64,000 nt of DNA from Candidatus Eiseniibacteriota bacterium (GTDB lineage: Bacteria; Eisenbacteria; RBG-16-71-46), in NCBI GenBank assembly GCA_044222065.1, contig JBGAOA010000015.1, forward strand, positions 763 through 64,762, given 5' to 3'. Positions 18,506-28,885 of the stretch are shown here, one piece after another (the stretch's first letter is position 1; every line of letters begins with the position of its first letter). A program made the position numbers and the translations under genes. A model generated the notes under the pieces. That model searched no databases. It saw nothing but the letters and a program-made list of their open reading frames with translations, and was not told where the DNA came from.

Positions 18506-20467
18506 GTGCTCGACCGCCTGCTCGCGCTGCTCGCGATCCTCGCGCTCGTTCCGCCCGGCGTGCTGCCCGTACCGCTCGCGGCCGCGGCCGTGTTCGCCGC
18601 GCTCGGCTACGGGCCCGGCCGGCTGCTCGCGCGCGTGCTCGCTCCCGAGGCGGGGCGCGCGGAGCGGCTGCTGCTCGCGCTCACGCTGTCGCCGTTCGCG
18701 GTCATCGTCGTCGCGGCGGTCCTGACGTTCGCCGGGGTGCCGATCGCGCTCGGCGCCCGCGTGCTCGCCGTCGCCGGCGCGGTGTGCGCCGTGCTCGCGC
18801 TCGCGCGCGTGCCGGCGGCGGTTGCGGATCCCGACCGCCCTTCGCTCGCCCCGGCGCTCGCGTGGGCGGGCCTCACCGCGCTCTACCTCGGGCTCAACAC
18901 GTACCTGCCGCGCCGGCAGGACGGCTGGTTCCACGCGGCCGTGACGCTGCAGATCGCGGGCCGCGGGCTGCCGGTCGAGGACCCGGACTTCGGCGGCCTG
19001 CCGCTGCTCTACTTCTGGGGCTACCACCTGTGGTCCGCGCTGTGGCTGCACCTCGTGCCGCACGTCGCGGTGTGGACGCCGCTCGTCGCGTTCAACGTCG
19101 CCGCGGCGCTCGCGGTCGTGCTCGCGGTCGGCGGGCTCGCCCGCAGGCTCGGCGCGGACGCGCGCGGCCAGCGCTGGGCGGTCGCGCTCGCCGTGCTCGG
19201 CTACGCGCCGCTCCTGTGGCTCCTGCTCCCGGCGCGCGCGCTCACGGGCGACGTGCGCGGCTGGGCCGAGATCAGCCGCATCGCGGGGCAGGGTGCGAGC
19301 GGCGCGCTGCACGCGCTCTCGCCGGGGACGTTGCACATCTCGATGTCGTTCTTCGGCGACAAGTACTTCTGCCTGACCCCGTTCGCGATGGGACTGCCGC
19401 TGTTCGCCGCGTCGCTGTCGGCCGAGATCGACCTGCTCCGGCGTCCGACGGTGCGGAATGCGGCGCGGCTCGCGGTGCTGACGGCGGCGACGCTGCTCAC
19501 GCACTCGGTGATCGGACTCTCGCTGCTCGCGGCCGGAGCGCCCGCGGGCGCGTGGCTCGTGTGGCGCGCCGTTCGCGGCGAGCCCGGCGGGCGCCGCACG
19601 GCGATCGCGTTCGGCGCGTCGCTCGCCGCCGGCCTCGCGCTCGTCGCTCCGTACCTGATCGCCGTCGCGGGCCCCAAGGAGGACCAGATCCACTGGGGCG
19701 CCTCGCGGCTCTCGCTCCAGACCCTCGTCGCGTGCGGCTCGCTCTACCTCGCTCTCGCGGTGCCGTGGTTCCTCGGCGCGGTCCGGCGCGGCTCGCGCGC
19801 GGGAACGCTGCTCGCGCTCACGTGCGCGACGCTCGCCGCCATGGGCGCCGTCGTCCGGCTGCCCGAGCTCAACCAGAGCAAGTTCTTCAACCTGCTCTTC
19901 CTCGCGCTCGCGCCCGTCGCGGCGATGGGGGCGAGCGCGTTCGAGGACCGCTCGTCGCGCCGCCGCACGGCGCTGCGCGCGGTCGTCGCGTTCGCGCTCG
20001 TGCCGTCGTTCGCGTTCCTGATGTGGGGATTCGCGAACCAGCGCCGCCAGCTCGAGGAGAGCTTCCACTTCCCGACGCCCTCGACGCTCGCTGCGTGGGG
20101 CGAGATCGAGCGCCGCACGCCGCCGGACGCGCTCGTGATCGACCGGCTCGCCGGCAGCGACAACCAGGTCTTCGCGCGCCGCACGACCTTGTGGGCCGCG
20201 AACCTCGGGGAACGGCACTGGGGGCATCCCGAACGCGAACTCGAACCGCGCCGCCGCGCGTCGCACGCGCTCGGCGCCGGCCTCGAACCCGACTCGGCGA
20301 CGACCGCCTTCTTGCGGCGGCTCGGCCGCCCTTACGTCGTCGTCCTGCGCACGCCGGACGGCGTGGATTCGCTCGGCGCGCTGCCGCGCATCGCCGCCGA
20401 CCCGCGGTTCACGCCCCTCGCCGAGTCCGACGAGCTGCGGCTGTTCGAGTGGCGGCCGGACCGATGA
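18506..20467 (+). CDS. Large polytopic membrane protein with a C-terminal soluble domain; possible GT-C-type glycosyltransferase or polymerase
   Basis: 653 aa. It has more than 10 TM spans and an acidic loop motif ('LPVEDPDFGG') after the early TMs. GTG at 18506 is 2 nt after the flippase stop. Confidence 0.55.
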   Translation: MLDRLLALLAILALVPPGVLPVPLAAAAVFAALGYGPGRLLARVLAPEAGRAERLLLALTLSPFAVIVVAAVLTFAGVPIALGARVLAVAGAVCAVLALARVPAAVADPDRPSLAPALAWAGLTALYLGLNTYLPRRQDGWFHAAVTLQIAGRGLPVEDPDFGGLPLLYFWGYHLWSALWLHLVPHVAVWTPLVAFNVAAALAVVLAVGGLARRLGADARGQRWAVALAVLGYAPLLWLLLPARALTGDVRGWAEISRIAGQGASGALHALSPGTLHISMSFFGDKYFCLTPFAMGLPLFAASLSAEIDLLRRPTVRNAARLAVLTAATLLTHSVIGLSLLAAGAPAGAWLVWRAVRGEPGGRRTAIAFGASLAAGLALVAPYLIAVAGPKEDQIHWGASRLSLQTLVACGSLYLALAVPWFLGAVRRGSRAGTLLALTCATLAAMGAVVRLPELNQSKFFNLLFLALAPVAAMGASAFEDRSSRRRTALRAVVAFALVPSFAFLMWGFANQRRQLEESFHFPTPSTLAAWGEIERRTPPDALVIDRLAGSDNQVFARRTTLWAANLGERHWGHPERELEPRRRASHALGAGLEPDSATTAFLRRLGRPYVVVLRTPDGVDSLGALPRIAADPRFTPLAESDELRLFEWRPDR

Positions 20468-23046
20468 CCGGCGGCACCGCGGCGCCGCGGCCGCGCGCAC
20501 TCGCGCCGCTCGCGGCCGCCGCGCTCGCGGGCCTCGCGCTGCACGTGGCGCTGTCGCTCGGCGCGCTCGCCGCGCTGCCGCAGGGCCTGCGGCTCGGGCT
20601 CGCGTTCGCGGCGTTCGTCTTCACACCCGGCACGCTGCTCGCGGCGTCTTTCGCGTCGCCTCCGGGCGGCGCGTGGCTCTCCGCCGTTCGGGCGCTCGCG
20701 TTCGGCGTGCTGTGGAACGTCGGCGTGCTCGGCGCGCTCACGCTCGCGGGGCGCAGCCTGCACGACGCCGACGTCGCGTGGCCCGTCGCGACGACCGCGC
20801 TCGCCGCCCTCGTGCTCGCGCACGTGCGGCGACGGGCGGCGCCCGAGGCCGCGCCGTCGCTCGGCGAGCGGCCGGCGGCGCTCGCGCTCGTGGCCGTGGC
20901 GGTTCTGCTCGTCGCCTGGCACGTCGGCTCGACCGGAACGCAGGTCAGCTACTACAGCGACTCGCCCGATCACATCGCGACCGTGCGGCGGATCGCCGAG
21001 AGCGGCGTGCCGTTCCCGACCGACGCGTTCTTCGCCGACGCGGGCGCCGAGGGCGGGGACCCGCGCAAGGGCTGGTGGCACGCCGAGGTCGCGCACGTCG
21101 CGCGCCTCGCGCGCGTGGACGCGACCGACGCCTGGGTCGGACTCTCCGCGTGGATCGCGCCGTTCTTCGTGCTGAACGCGGCGGCGCTCGGCTGGCTCGC
21201 GGCCGGGCCGAAGGGCGCGGCGGTGAACGCAATCGTGTTCGCGCTGTTCTGGATCGGGAACCTGACGTGGGTGCCGTTCCGCAAGGCCGTGTTCGGCACG
21301 TTCCTCACCGACCAGATCGCGCTCGCGGCCGCGATCGCCGTGCTGGACGACCTGGGGCGGCGCGCACGTGCGACGCGCGCGACGGCCGTGCTGCTGTGCG
21401 CGGCGGCCGCGGGTTCGCACGTGTACGCGGCGATCCAGTTCGCGCTGACATTCGGCGCGACCGGCGCGGCGCTCGTCCTGCGGCGCGGTCCGCGGGACGC
21501 GGCGTTCCGCCGCTTCGCGGGCACGGTCGCGCTCGCGGCGCTCGCGTGCGCGATCGTGCTCCTGCCGCGCGCGCTCACGCTCGACCGGCCCGACAACGTG
21601 ATCCACACCGAACCGCAGGGCCTCATGACCCTGTGGGGCGCGCAGCGAGTCGTGATGTCCGGCGTGCTCACCGACTGGATGCAGTGGCTGTGGATCCCGA
21701 TCGCGTTCGCGCTGCCCTACCTGTGGCGGCGCGCCGCGCACGATCCGGCCGCGCTGTACGCCGCCGCGGTGCCGGTCGGGGTCGCGCTCGTGATCTTCGA
21801 TCCGCTCGCCGTCGGCGTGCTCGAGCCGAAGCTCGGCTACCTGCTCATGCGCATGGTGTGGATGGTCCCGGTCGCGACCGTCTTCACGCTCGCGTGGCTC
21901 GGGCTCCACGAAGCGTGGCGACGGGGCGGCGCGCGGCGCCGCATCGCGGCCGCGCTCGCCGCGCTCGCGCTGCTCGCGTGCGCGAAGAGCACGCTCCAGG
22001 ACGCCGCGCTCGCACTCGCGCACCCGCGCGAACTCGTGGCCGCCGAAGCCGACCACGGGCCGCAGCGCTGGGCCGCCCCGATGGCGTGGATGCGGGCGCA
22101 TCTCGCCGCGGACGCGGTCGTGCTGTCCGACCCCGCGACCTCGTACGCCGTGCCGATGATGACCGGGCGGCGGGTCGTGTGCCTGCTCGACCAGCACAGC
22201 TCGCCGAGCGACTCGCGCGCGCTCGCGCGCCTGCTCGAGGCGCGCGACGCGCTCGACCCGTACGGTTCGTGGGCGCGGCTCGCCGCGGTCGTGCGCCGCT
22301 ACCGCGTGAGCACGATCGTGCTGAACGGCGACTTCTCCGAGATCCCGTCGTTCGCCTACTGGTCGCCGAGCCCGGGCTGGTTCGCGGCCGCGCGCGCGCG
22401 CCTCGACGGGGCGCCGGGGGCGTTCGAGCGGATCCACGACCGCGGCCGGTTCGTCGTCTACGGCGTCCGCGCCGGGGCGCTCGACACGCTGTCCACGCCG
22501 GTGCCCGCGCGGCCGTTCGTCACGGCGTGGGATCCCGAACGCTGGCCGCCGGGCCGGCGCGCGGGCGAGGGCATGCCGCTCGTTCTGCGTTTCAGCGTCG
22601 TGCCGCGCGTCGCCTCGCCCGGCGACACGGTGCTCGGCATCGCGGACTGGCGGGCGCCCGAGCGGCTGCCCGCGGGCTCGTACCGCGTGCCCGTGCGGTT
22701 CGACGCGCCGCTGCCCGGCGGCTTCGAGCCGCCTGCGTGGATCGCGAAGCCCGCGCGCAAGGTGTTCGAACTGACGCGCGGCGCACGCTGGCGCTTCCGC
22801 TCCGATCACCTGCCCGTCGACGGGCGGTTCGCGCCGGACCTGTGGACGCCCGACCTCGTCGTGCGCGATTCGTTCCGCGTCGCGGTGCCGCCCGACGTCG
22901 CCGACGGCCGCTACGAGGTGCAAATCCGCATGCGCCACTCGGCGATCTACCCGAACTACCGGCTGAGCGACTACTTCTCGGACGACGACTACTACAGCGG
23001 CGTGCCGGTCGGAACGTTCGACGTGCGGCGCGCGCCGGCGCGCTGA
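20464..23046 (+). CDS. Large polytopic membrane protein (860 aa) with a C-terminal periplasmic domain; likely a paralogue of the upstream gene
   Basis: The ATGA junction at 20464 couples it to the previous gene. It has the same architecture and an acidic loop ('YYSDSPDHIATV'). The C-terminal roughly 300 aa are soluble. Confidence 0.55.
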   Translation: MTGGTAAPRPRALAPLAAAALAGLALHVALSLGALAALPQGLRLGLAFAAFVFTPGTLLAASFASPPGGAWLSAVRALAFGVLWNVGVLGALTLAGRSLHDADVAWPVATTALAALVLAHVRRRAAPEAAPSLGERPAALALVAVAVLLVAWHVGSTGTQVSYYSDSPDHIATVRRIAESGVPFPTDAFFADAGAEGGDPRKGWWHAEVAHVARLARVDATDAWVGLSAWIAPFFVLNAAALGWLAAGPKGAAVNAIVFALFWIGNLTWVPFRKAVFGTFLTDQIALAAAIAVLDDLGRRARATRATAVLLCAAAAGSHVYAAIQFALTFGATGAALVLRRGPRDAAFRRFAGTVALAALACAIVLLPRALTLDRPDNVIHTEPQGLMTLWGAQRVVMSGVLTDWMQWLWIPIAFALPYLWRRAAHDPAALYAAAVPVGVALVIFDPLAVGVLEPKLGYLLMRMVWMVPVATVFTLAWLGLHEAWRRGGARRRIAAALAALALLACAKSTLQDAALALAHPRELVAAEADHGPQRWAAPMAWMRAHLAADAVVLSDPATSYAVPMMTGRRVVCLLDQHSSPSDSRALARLLEARDALDPYGSWARLAAVVRRYRVSTIVLNGDFSEIPSFAYWSPSPGWFAAARARLDGAPGAFERIHDRGRFVVYGVRAGALDTLSTPVPARPFVTAWDPERWPPGRRAGEGMPLVLRFSVVPRVASPGDTVLGIADWRAPERLPAGSYRVPVRFDAPLPGGFEPPAWIAKPARKVFELTRGARWRFRSDHLPVDGRFAPDLWTPDLVVRDSFRVAVPPDVADGRYEVQIRMRHSAIYPNYRLSDYFSDDDYYSGVPVGTFDVRRAPAR

Positions 23047-23917
23047 TCGTCGGGCGCGAGCCACGATTCGCGCTCGAGCACGTCCGACATCGTCGTCCAG
23101 GCGTAGCGCTCGAACAGCCGCTCGAGCTTCGCGGCCACGGTGTGCAGGTTCACGTACGTGATGAACCCGTCCACGGGGTCGAGCGGCAGCCGCTTCGACT
23201 CGGGCTCGACCTCGCGCGGGTGCAGGTAGAGCGCGAACGGGCGGTGCGCGAGGATGCGGTCCAGCGACGCGCGCACGAGCGTCCACGGCAGCGCGCGCAG
23301 GTAGAAGCCGCCGCCGACGGGAACGCGCAGCGGCCCCCACTCGCACACCGCGACCGGGAACTCGACGAGCGGCGCCGACGCATCGTGGCGCGCGAGGTCG
23401 GCGGCCGACGGGCGCCAGATCCCGACTGGCGCGTCGGGCACGCCGTACATCCGAACGCGCGCGGGGAAGACGCTCGAGTCGTAGGCGTAGCCCTCTTCGG
23501 CGAGCACCTCGAGCGCCCACGCCGTGGTGCGGTCGAGGCTGAAGGTCGGTGCGCGGAAGCCGCGCACCGGGAAGTCGCCGAGCGCTCCGACGACCGCGGC
23601 GCGGAACGCGCGCAGCTGCGCTCGGAAGCTCTCGCGGTCGAGCTGCCAGAGCGGCGTGTGGTCGAAGCCGTGGCAGCCGAGCTCGTGCCCGCCCGCGATC
23701 ATGCGCCGCACGAGGTCCGGGTGGCGCTCGACGACGTCGCCGAGCACGAAGAACGTGCCGCGCGCGCCGTGGCGCTCGAGCCACTCGAGGATCTGCAGCG
23801 TGCCGCGCTCGACCACGCTCTCGCCGTGCGAGTGGCGGCGGTCGGGGGGCAGCAGCTGCGAGTGGTACCAGTCCTCGATGTCGAACGAGAACGCGGCGAC
23901 GTGGCGGGCGCGCATCG
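22992..23917 (-). CDS. Polysaccharide deacetylase (CE4), PEP-CTERM/XrtA-locus subfamily-like
   Basis: 'VAAFSFDIEDWYH ... HELGCHGFDH' is CE4 with the 'FSFDIEDWY' N-terminus typical of exosortase-locus deacetylases. Its 3' end overlaps the convergent gene by about 55 nt. Confidence 0.75.
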
Positions 23918-23922
23918 CGGCG

Positions 23923-24450
23923 TCAGCGCTCCTGCGCGCCGGCGTCGAGCGAACGCAGCGGCCGCGCCGGGACGCCCGCGACGAGCGTGCGCGCGGGGAC
24001 GTCGCGCGTGACGACGGCGCCGGCGGCGACGACGGCGTGCGCGCCGACCGTGACGCCGGGCAGCACGATCGCACCGGCGCCGACGTAGCAGCCGCGCTCG
24101 AAGCGCACCGGCGCGACCGTGCCGTGGCCCTGGCCGGCCTCGATGCGGTCGAGCCGTTTCGCGTCGTCGTGCACGACGACGAGCACGCGCATCGCGAGCG
24201 TCACGCCGTCCTCGATCGTGACGAGCTCGGGGAACTGGTCATCGAGCCAGCTGTCGAGCCCGACGAAGACGCCGCGCCCGATGCGCACCCCCATCGCGCG
24301 GTAGAGCGCGAGGCGCAGCCCCGGGGGGATGCAGCCGCGCGCCCAGCCGTGGAGCAGCTTCTGCCACAGCACGCGCGCGAGCGGACGCGGCGCGATCTCG
24401 CGCTCGTAGCGGTCGCGCGCCACGCGCGCGCCGGGCGCGAGGCCGCTCAC
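23923..24450 (-). CDS. Hexapeptide-repeat (LbH) acetyltransferase, WcaF/WbbJ-like
   Basis: 'VTIEDGVTLAMRVLVVVHDD...CYVGAGAIVLPGVTVGAHAVVAAGAVVTRDVP' hexapeptide repeats. GTG start with a GGAGGTGAT RBS. GTGA overlap with the upstream gene. Confidence 0.75.
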   Translation of the reverse strand: MSGLAPGARVARDRYEREIAPRPLARVLWQKLLHGWARGCIPPGLRLALYRAMGVRIGRGVFVGLDSWLDDQFPELVTIEDGVTLAMRVLVVVHDDAKRLDRIEAGQGHGTVAPVRFERGCYVGAGAIVLPGVTVGAHAVVAAGAVVTRDVPARTLVAGVPARPLRSLDAGAQER

Positions 24451-25457
24451 ATCACCTCCGGGAAGCGGCGCTTGACCGGTTCGCCGAGGGCGGCCGCGAG
24501 CGGCAGCGGCAGTCGCTTCCACACCGCGACCGCGAACGCGAGCGTGCGCTTCTGGTCCTCGAGCGTCGGCAGCGCGCGCGCGCGGCCCAGCGCGTACTGG
24601 TAGTAGAGCGGCACCGGAATCGCACCCCATTGTTCCTTGAAGCGGAAGACGCCCGAGCCCGGCTGGCTGCGGCCGAAGTCGAACGCGCGCGAGCCGGCGG
24701 CGATCGCGCGCCGCAGCGCGGTCCAGTAGAGCACGTGCGTCGGGAAGCGATCAAAGCTCGAACGCAGCGCCGACACCCAGGGATCGGCGTCGCGCGCGCC
24801 GTGGCGCACGACGAACATGCCGCCGACGGCGCGTCCGGCGAGGCGCAGCACGAGCACGTCCGCCGCGCGGCCGAGACGCTCGAGCGCGGCGCGGAAGTAC
24901 GCCGTCCCCCGCACGGGCGTGCCGAGGTCGCGCAGGTTCTCGAGCAGGACGCGGTGGAACGCGGCGACTTCGCCGGGGCCGCTCGCGAGCGCGAAGCCCG
25001 CGGACTCGCCGCGCTCGACGTGGCGCCGGAGCTTCGAGGGGAACGCGTTCCACTGCGCCTCGGCCGTGCGCTCGAGCGGCACTTCCTGCGTCACGTGCTC
25101 GGTGCTGGTCTCGAGGCCGGGCCACGCGCGGCGCTGGTCGCGCAGTTCCAGCCAGTCCAGGCGCTCGCGACGGACGCGCTCGATCGCCGGCGCGAGCAGA
25201 TCGGCCGCGACGGAAGCGTCGTCGGCGAGCAGTCCGCCCGGCGCCGAGAACAGCGCGCGACCGGTCGCGAACAGCGGCAGCACGCCGCGCACGCGGCCGT
25301 CGTCCACGGCGATCGAGTACGCGGGGCGGACGTCGTGCGTCGAAGCGGTGAGGTCGCGCCACGCGAGGCGCTGGCCGAAGTGCGCGTCGGGATGCGCTCC
25401 GACGTACGCCTCCCAGCGTTCGGCGTCCGCGGGCTCGACCGGCCGCACGACGAGCAC
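24447..25457 (-). CDS. FemAB-like / GNAT-fold protein, PEP-CTERM-locus-associated type
   Basis: 336 aa. 'HFGQRLAWRDL...VLPLF' and a C-terminal 'RFKEQWGA' are FemAB-family-like. Its context between the deacetylase and the AsnB-type amidotransferase matches XrtA EPS loci. Confidence 0.6.
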   Translation of the reverse strand: MLVVRPVEPADAERWEAYVGAHPDAHFGQRLAWRDLTASTHDVRPAYSIAVDDGRVRGVLPLFATGRALFSAPGGLLADDASVAADLLAPAIERVRRERLDWLELRDQRRAWPGLETSTEHVTQEVPLERTAEAQWNAFPSKLRRHVERGESAGFALASGPGEVAAFHRVLLENLRDLGTPVRGTAYFRAALERLGRAADVLVLRLAGRAVGGMFVVRHGARDADPWVSALRSSFDRFPTHVLYWTALRRAIAAGSRAFDFGRSQPGSGVFRFKEQWGAIPVPLYYQYALGRARALPTLEDQKRTLAFAVAVWKRLPLPLAAALGEPVKRRFPEVM

Positions 25458-25464
25458 GCTCGCC

Positions 25465-27393
25465 TCAGGAGGCGGCCGGGGCCGCGACGCGCGCCGGCAG
25501 TTCGTACGCGCTCGCGCGCACCGGGACGCGGTCCACGTAGACGCGGTGCCACAGTTCGAGCGTGAGCAGCGTCCACAACTCGCGGCTGCGGTCGCGTCGT
25601 CCCTCGACGTGGTCCTCGACGTAGCGGCGCAGCGTGCCGGCGTCGTAGTAGCCGCGTCCGAGCGCGGTCGGCGACAGCAGCGTGTCCTGGAGCAGTTCGC
25701 GCAGCGGGCCGCGGAACCACGGCGACAACGGCACCGTGAAGCCGACCTTTGGACGGTCCACGACTTCGCGCGGCAGCAGTTCGCGCGCGAGACGCTTGAG
25801 CAGCACCTTGCCCTCGAGTCCGCGCACCTTGAACCGGTCCGGCAGCCGTGCCGCCCACTCGATGAGCGGGTGGTCGAGCAGGGGAACGCGGGCCTCGATC
25901 GAGGCCGCCATGCTCATCTTGTCCATCTTCATGAGCAGGTCGTCCGGGAGCCACAGCCGCAGGTCGGCGTCGAGCATGCGGTCGAGCGGCCGGCGCGCGC
26001 GCGACGACGCGAGCGCGTCGCGGAACGCGCGCGAGCCGACGTGGTCGAACGAACGCAGCAGGGGCGACAGCAGCTGCGCGCGCTCTTCGCCCGCGAGTCC
26101 GGCGAACCACGAGGCGAGCCGGTCGGCCTCGTCGCGGAAGCGCGCGCTGCGCGCGACGACCTGCAGCTTCCGGAAGCCGAAGGGCAGCCGGTTCACGCCG
26201 TGGGCGAGGAACGCGTCGCGCAGCGGCGCCGGCACGTGCGCGAGACGGCGCGCGAACGGGTCGACGGCGTACTTCGGGTAGCCCGCGAACAGCTCGTCGC
26301 CGCCTTCGCCGGTGAGCACGACCGTGACGGTCTCGCGCGCGAGCTGCGAAACGAGGAACGTCGGGATCGCGGCGGGCTCGGACACCGGCTCGTCCTGGTG
26401 CCACACGAGGTCCGGCAGCTGGCGGGCGAGCGTGTCCGCGCCGACCACGATCTCGCGGTGATCGGTGCGGAAGCGCTCGGCGACCTTGCGCGCGAACGGC
26501 AGCTCGCTGTACGGGCCGGGGGCGTCGAAGCCGACGGAGAAGGTCTGCACGGGCCGGTCGAGCAGCTCGCTCATCAGCGCCACGACGACGCTCGAGTCCA
26601 CGCCGCCCGAGAGCAGCGCTCCGAGCGGCACCTCGCTCATGAGGCGCAGCCGCACGGACTCGCGCACGCGCTCGCGCAGCTCGGCGAGCGCGTCGTCCTC
26701 GCTCAGATCGGCCTTCGGCTCGTACGCAACGTTCCAGTACCGGCGCTCGAGCGGATCGAGCGAGTCCACGACGAGGTGGTGCGCCGGACGCAGCTTGTGG
26801 ATGCCCTCGAACAGCGTCGCGGGCGCCGCCGCGTAGCGCAGCGTCAGGTGTTCGACCAGCCCGGGCAGGCGCACCGCGCGACGCACGCCCGGGAACTGGA
26901 ACAGCGCCTTGATCTCGGACGCGCAGCAGAACGCGCCGTTCGCGATCGTCCAGTAGAGCGGCTTGATTCCCGCGCGGTCGCGCGCGACGAACAGTCGCCG
27001 GCGCGGGCGGTCCCAGAGCGCGAACGCGAACATGCCGCGGAAACGCTCGACGCAGCGCTCGCCCCACTGCTCGTAGGCGTGGACGATCGTCTCGGTGTCG
27101 CTGTGCGTCCGGTAGCGGTGGCCGAGGGACTCGAGCTCACGCCGTATCTCGGCGTGGTTGTAGATCTCGCCGTTGTAGGCGATCCACACCGTTCCGTCCT
27201 CGTTCGAGAGCGGCTGGTGGCCGTGCGCGACGTCCACGATCGAGAGGCGCCGGAACGCGAGGCCCACGCCGGGCTCGGCGAGGTAGCCGGCGTCGTCGGG
27301 GCCCCGGTGCTGCAGGACGTCGGCGGCGCCGCGGAGCCACGTCGGATCCGGAGCGAGTCCTTCGGGATGGAACCAGGCGGCGAATCCGCACAT
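25465..27393 (-). CDS. asnB: Asparagine synthase (glutamine-hydrolysing) family amidotransferase, exosortase-A-system-associated type
   Basis: 'MCGFAAWF' N-terminal Cys nucleophile, 'SGGVDSS' PP-loop, 642 aa. Confidence 0.85.
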   Translation of the reverse strand: MCGFAAWFHPEGLAPDPTWLRGAADVLQHRGPDDAGYLAEPGVGLAFRRLSIVDVAHGHQPLSNEDGTVWIAYNGEIYNHAEIRRELESLGHRYRTHSDTETIVHAYEQWGERCVERFRGMFAFALWDRPRRRLFVARDRAGIKPLYWTIANGAFCCASEIKALFQFPGVRRAVRLPGLVEHLTLRYAAAPATLFEGIHKLRPAHHLVVDSLDPLERRYWNVAYEPKADLSEDDALAELRERVRESVRLRLMSEVPLGALLSGGVDSSVVVALMSELLDRPVQTFSVGFDAPGPYSELPFARKVAERFRTDHREIVVGADTLARQLPDLVWHQDEPVSEPAAIPTFLVSQLARETVTVVLTGEGGDELFAGYPKYAVDPFARRLAHVPAPLRDAFLAHGVNRLPFGFRKLQVVARSARFRDEADRLASWFAGLAGEERAQLLSPLLRSFDHVGSRAFRDALASSRARRPLDRMLDADLRLWLPDDLLMKMDKMSMAASIEARVPLLDHPLIEWAARLPDRFKVRGLEGKVLLKRLARELLPREVVDRPKVGFTVPLSPWFRGPLRELLQDTLLSPTALGRGYYDAGTLRRYVEDHVEGRRDRSRELWTLLTLELWHRVYVDRVPVRASAYELPARVAAPAAS

Positions 27394-27436
27394 TAGCGAC
27401 GGCCCTCGTGGCGCGCGCGCGGCGCGTGGCGCGCGT

Positions 27437-28885
27437 TCACGCCGCCCGCGCGAGTTCGGCCGATGGCGACTCCCGCCGGCGTTCGAGCTGCGCGACCTTG
27501 TGGCCCGCGGCGATGAACGCGAAGAACACCCAGACGACGTACTGGTAGATCGGATTGCGCAGGTACTCGATCTTCAGCTCGTTCGCGAAGAACACGACGA
27601 GCTGGACGTGGGCGATGAGCAGGTAGGCGCGCGCGTAGGACGGATGCCCGATCCAGTCGGTGTCCGGCTTCGACAGCTTCCAGAGCTTCCACATCAGGAA
27701 CAGGAAGCAGCCGAGTCCGATCACGCCGAGGCAGTTCGCGACGTAGAGGAGCAGATTGTGCGGCCAGGGGTAGAAGTTGATGCCCTCGCGATTCGTGTAG
27801 AACGGCCCCCAGCCGATGATCGGGTGCTTCATCCAGCGCTCGAGGGCGAGCGGCCAGACCTGCGCGCGGGAGTCGGGCAGGTAGCCGACGAACTTCGTCT
27901 CGGCGAAGCGGTCGAAGATGCTGCCGGCCTTGGTGAAGTGCGTGACGTAGAACTCCATCCCGATCACGGCCGCGGCGCAGCCGGCGACGAGGATCGTGAA
28001 CGGCACGACCTGGAGGCGGCGCCGCGTGAGGATGAGGGCGTAGACGATGCCGACGCCCAGCGCCACGAGCGCTCCACGCGTCACCGTCGCGAACAGGATG
28101 AACAGCGTGAATCCGAGCAGGCCGCCGGCGACCAGCCTGCCGATCTGGCTGCGCGCCTGATGGAACACGAACACCAGGAAGACCAGGTTCAGCGCGCAGT
28201 ACTCCGACAACAGCTCGTAGTCCGAGAACGGACCTCCGACGCGCAGGTTCTGGACGACGCCCTCGGTGTCCGCCTGCCCGTACTGGATCCACCCCGGGAC
28301 GATCGCTCGCCCGGGGAACAGCAGCTCGAACACGGTCGCGGAATACACCATGGTCATCGAGACCATGGCGAACGTGTGGAGGCGCCGCATGTCCGACACC
28401 GAATTCGTGTTGTTCACGATGAGGTAGAAGATCAGCACGCACATCGTGAACGCGAAGAAGTTGTTGAACGCGGGGCGGACCCACTCGGGATTCGTGACGT
28501 TGTAGAACGACACGACGTAGGCGAGGAACAACGCGACGATCGCGCCGTCGAGCGGGGTCGCGCGCGGGGGCGGCGCGGTGCGCGTCGCGAAACGCAGCAG
28601 CCAGATGACGAGCAGCAGCAGCACGAACGCCATGTTCGTCGTGCCGAAGGTCACGGTGCGCGGGAAGGGCAGCGCGAGGATCAGCACGCCGATGCCCATG
28701 ACCATGCTGAGGCGCCACGCGATCCCGAAGACGATGCCGGCGGCGAGCACGGCGAGCACGCGCTTGTCGGGCAGCACGTACTGGAGGCCGAGCAGGAGCC
28801 CGAGCCCGACGATCGCCAGCGCCGCGATCACGCCGTTCAGCGGATCGCGACGATCGTGTCCCGCGCGGGGCGCGGCGGATGTCAT
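27437..28885 (-). CDS. O-antigen ligase / Wzy_C-family polytopic membrane protein
   Basis: 483 aa with more than 10 TM spans and the large loop 'RGALVALGVGIVYALIL' typical of the O-antigen ligase family. ATGA overlap with the upstream GT2 at 28882-28885. Confidence 0.65.
   Translation of the reverse strand: MTSAAPRAGHDRRDPLNGVIAALAIVGLGLLLGLQYVLPDKRVLAVLAAGIVFGIAWRLSMVMGIGVLILALPFPRTVTFGTTNMAFVLLLLVIWLLRFATRTAPPPRATPLDGAIVALFLAYVVSFYNVTNPEWVRPAFNNFFAFTMCVLIFYLIVNNTNSVSDMRRLHTFAMVSMTMVYSATVFELLFPGRAIVPGWIQYGQADTEGVVQNLRVGGPFSDYELLSEYCALNLVFLVFVFHQARSQIGRLVAGGLLGFTLFILFATVTRGALVALGVGIVYALILTRRRLQVVPFTILVAGCAAAVIGMEFYVTHFTKAGSIFDRFAETKFVGYLPDSRAQVWPLALERWMKHPIIGWGPFYTNREGINFYPWPHNLLLYVANCLGVIGLGCFLFLMWKLWKLSKPDTDWIGHPSYARAYLLIAHVQLVVFFANELKIEYLRNPIYQYVVWVFFAFIAAGHKVAQLERRRESPSAELARAA

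Noticed and set aside
20332-24011. 1150-aa minus-strand and 1112-aa plus-strand ORFs spanning 20332-24011
   Set aside because: They are extremely Arg/Gly-rich with no motifs, and are antisense to the two large membrane-protein genes and the deacetylase. Treated as a GC artefact.
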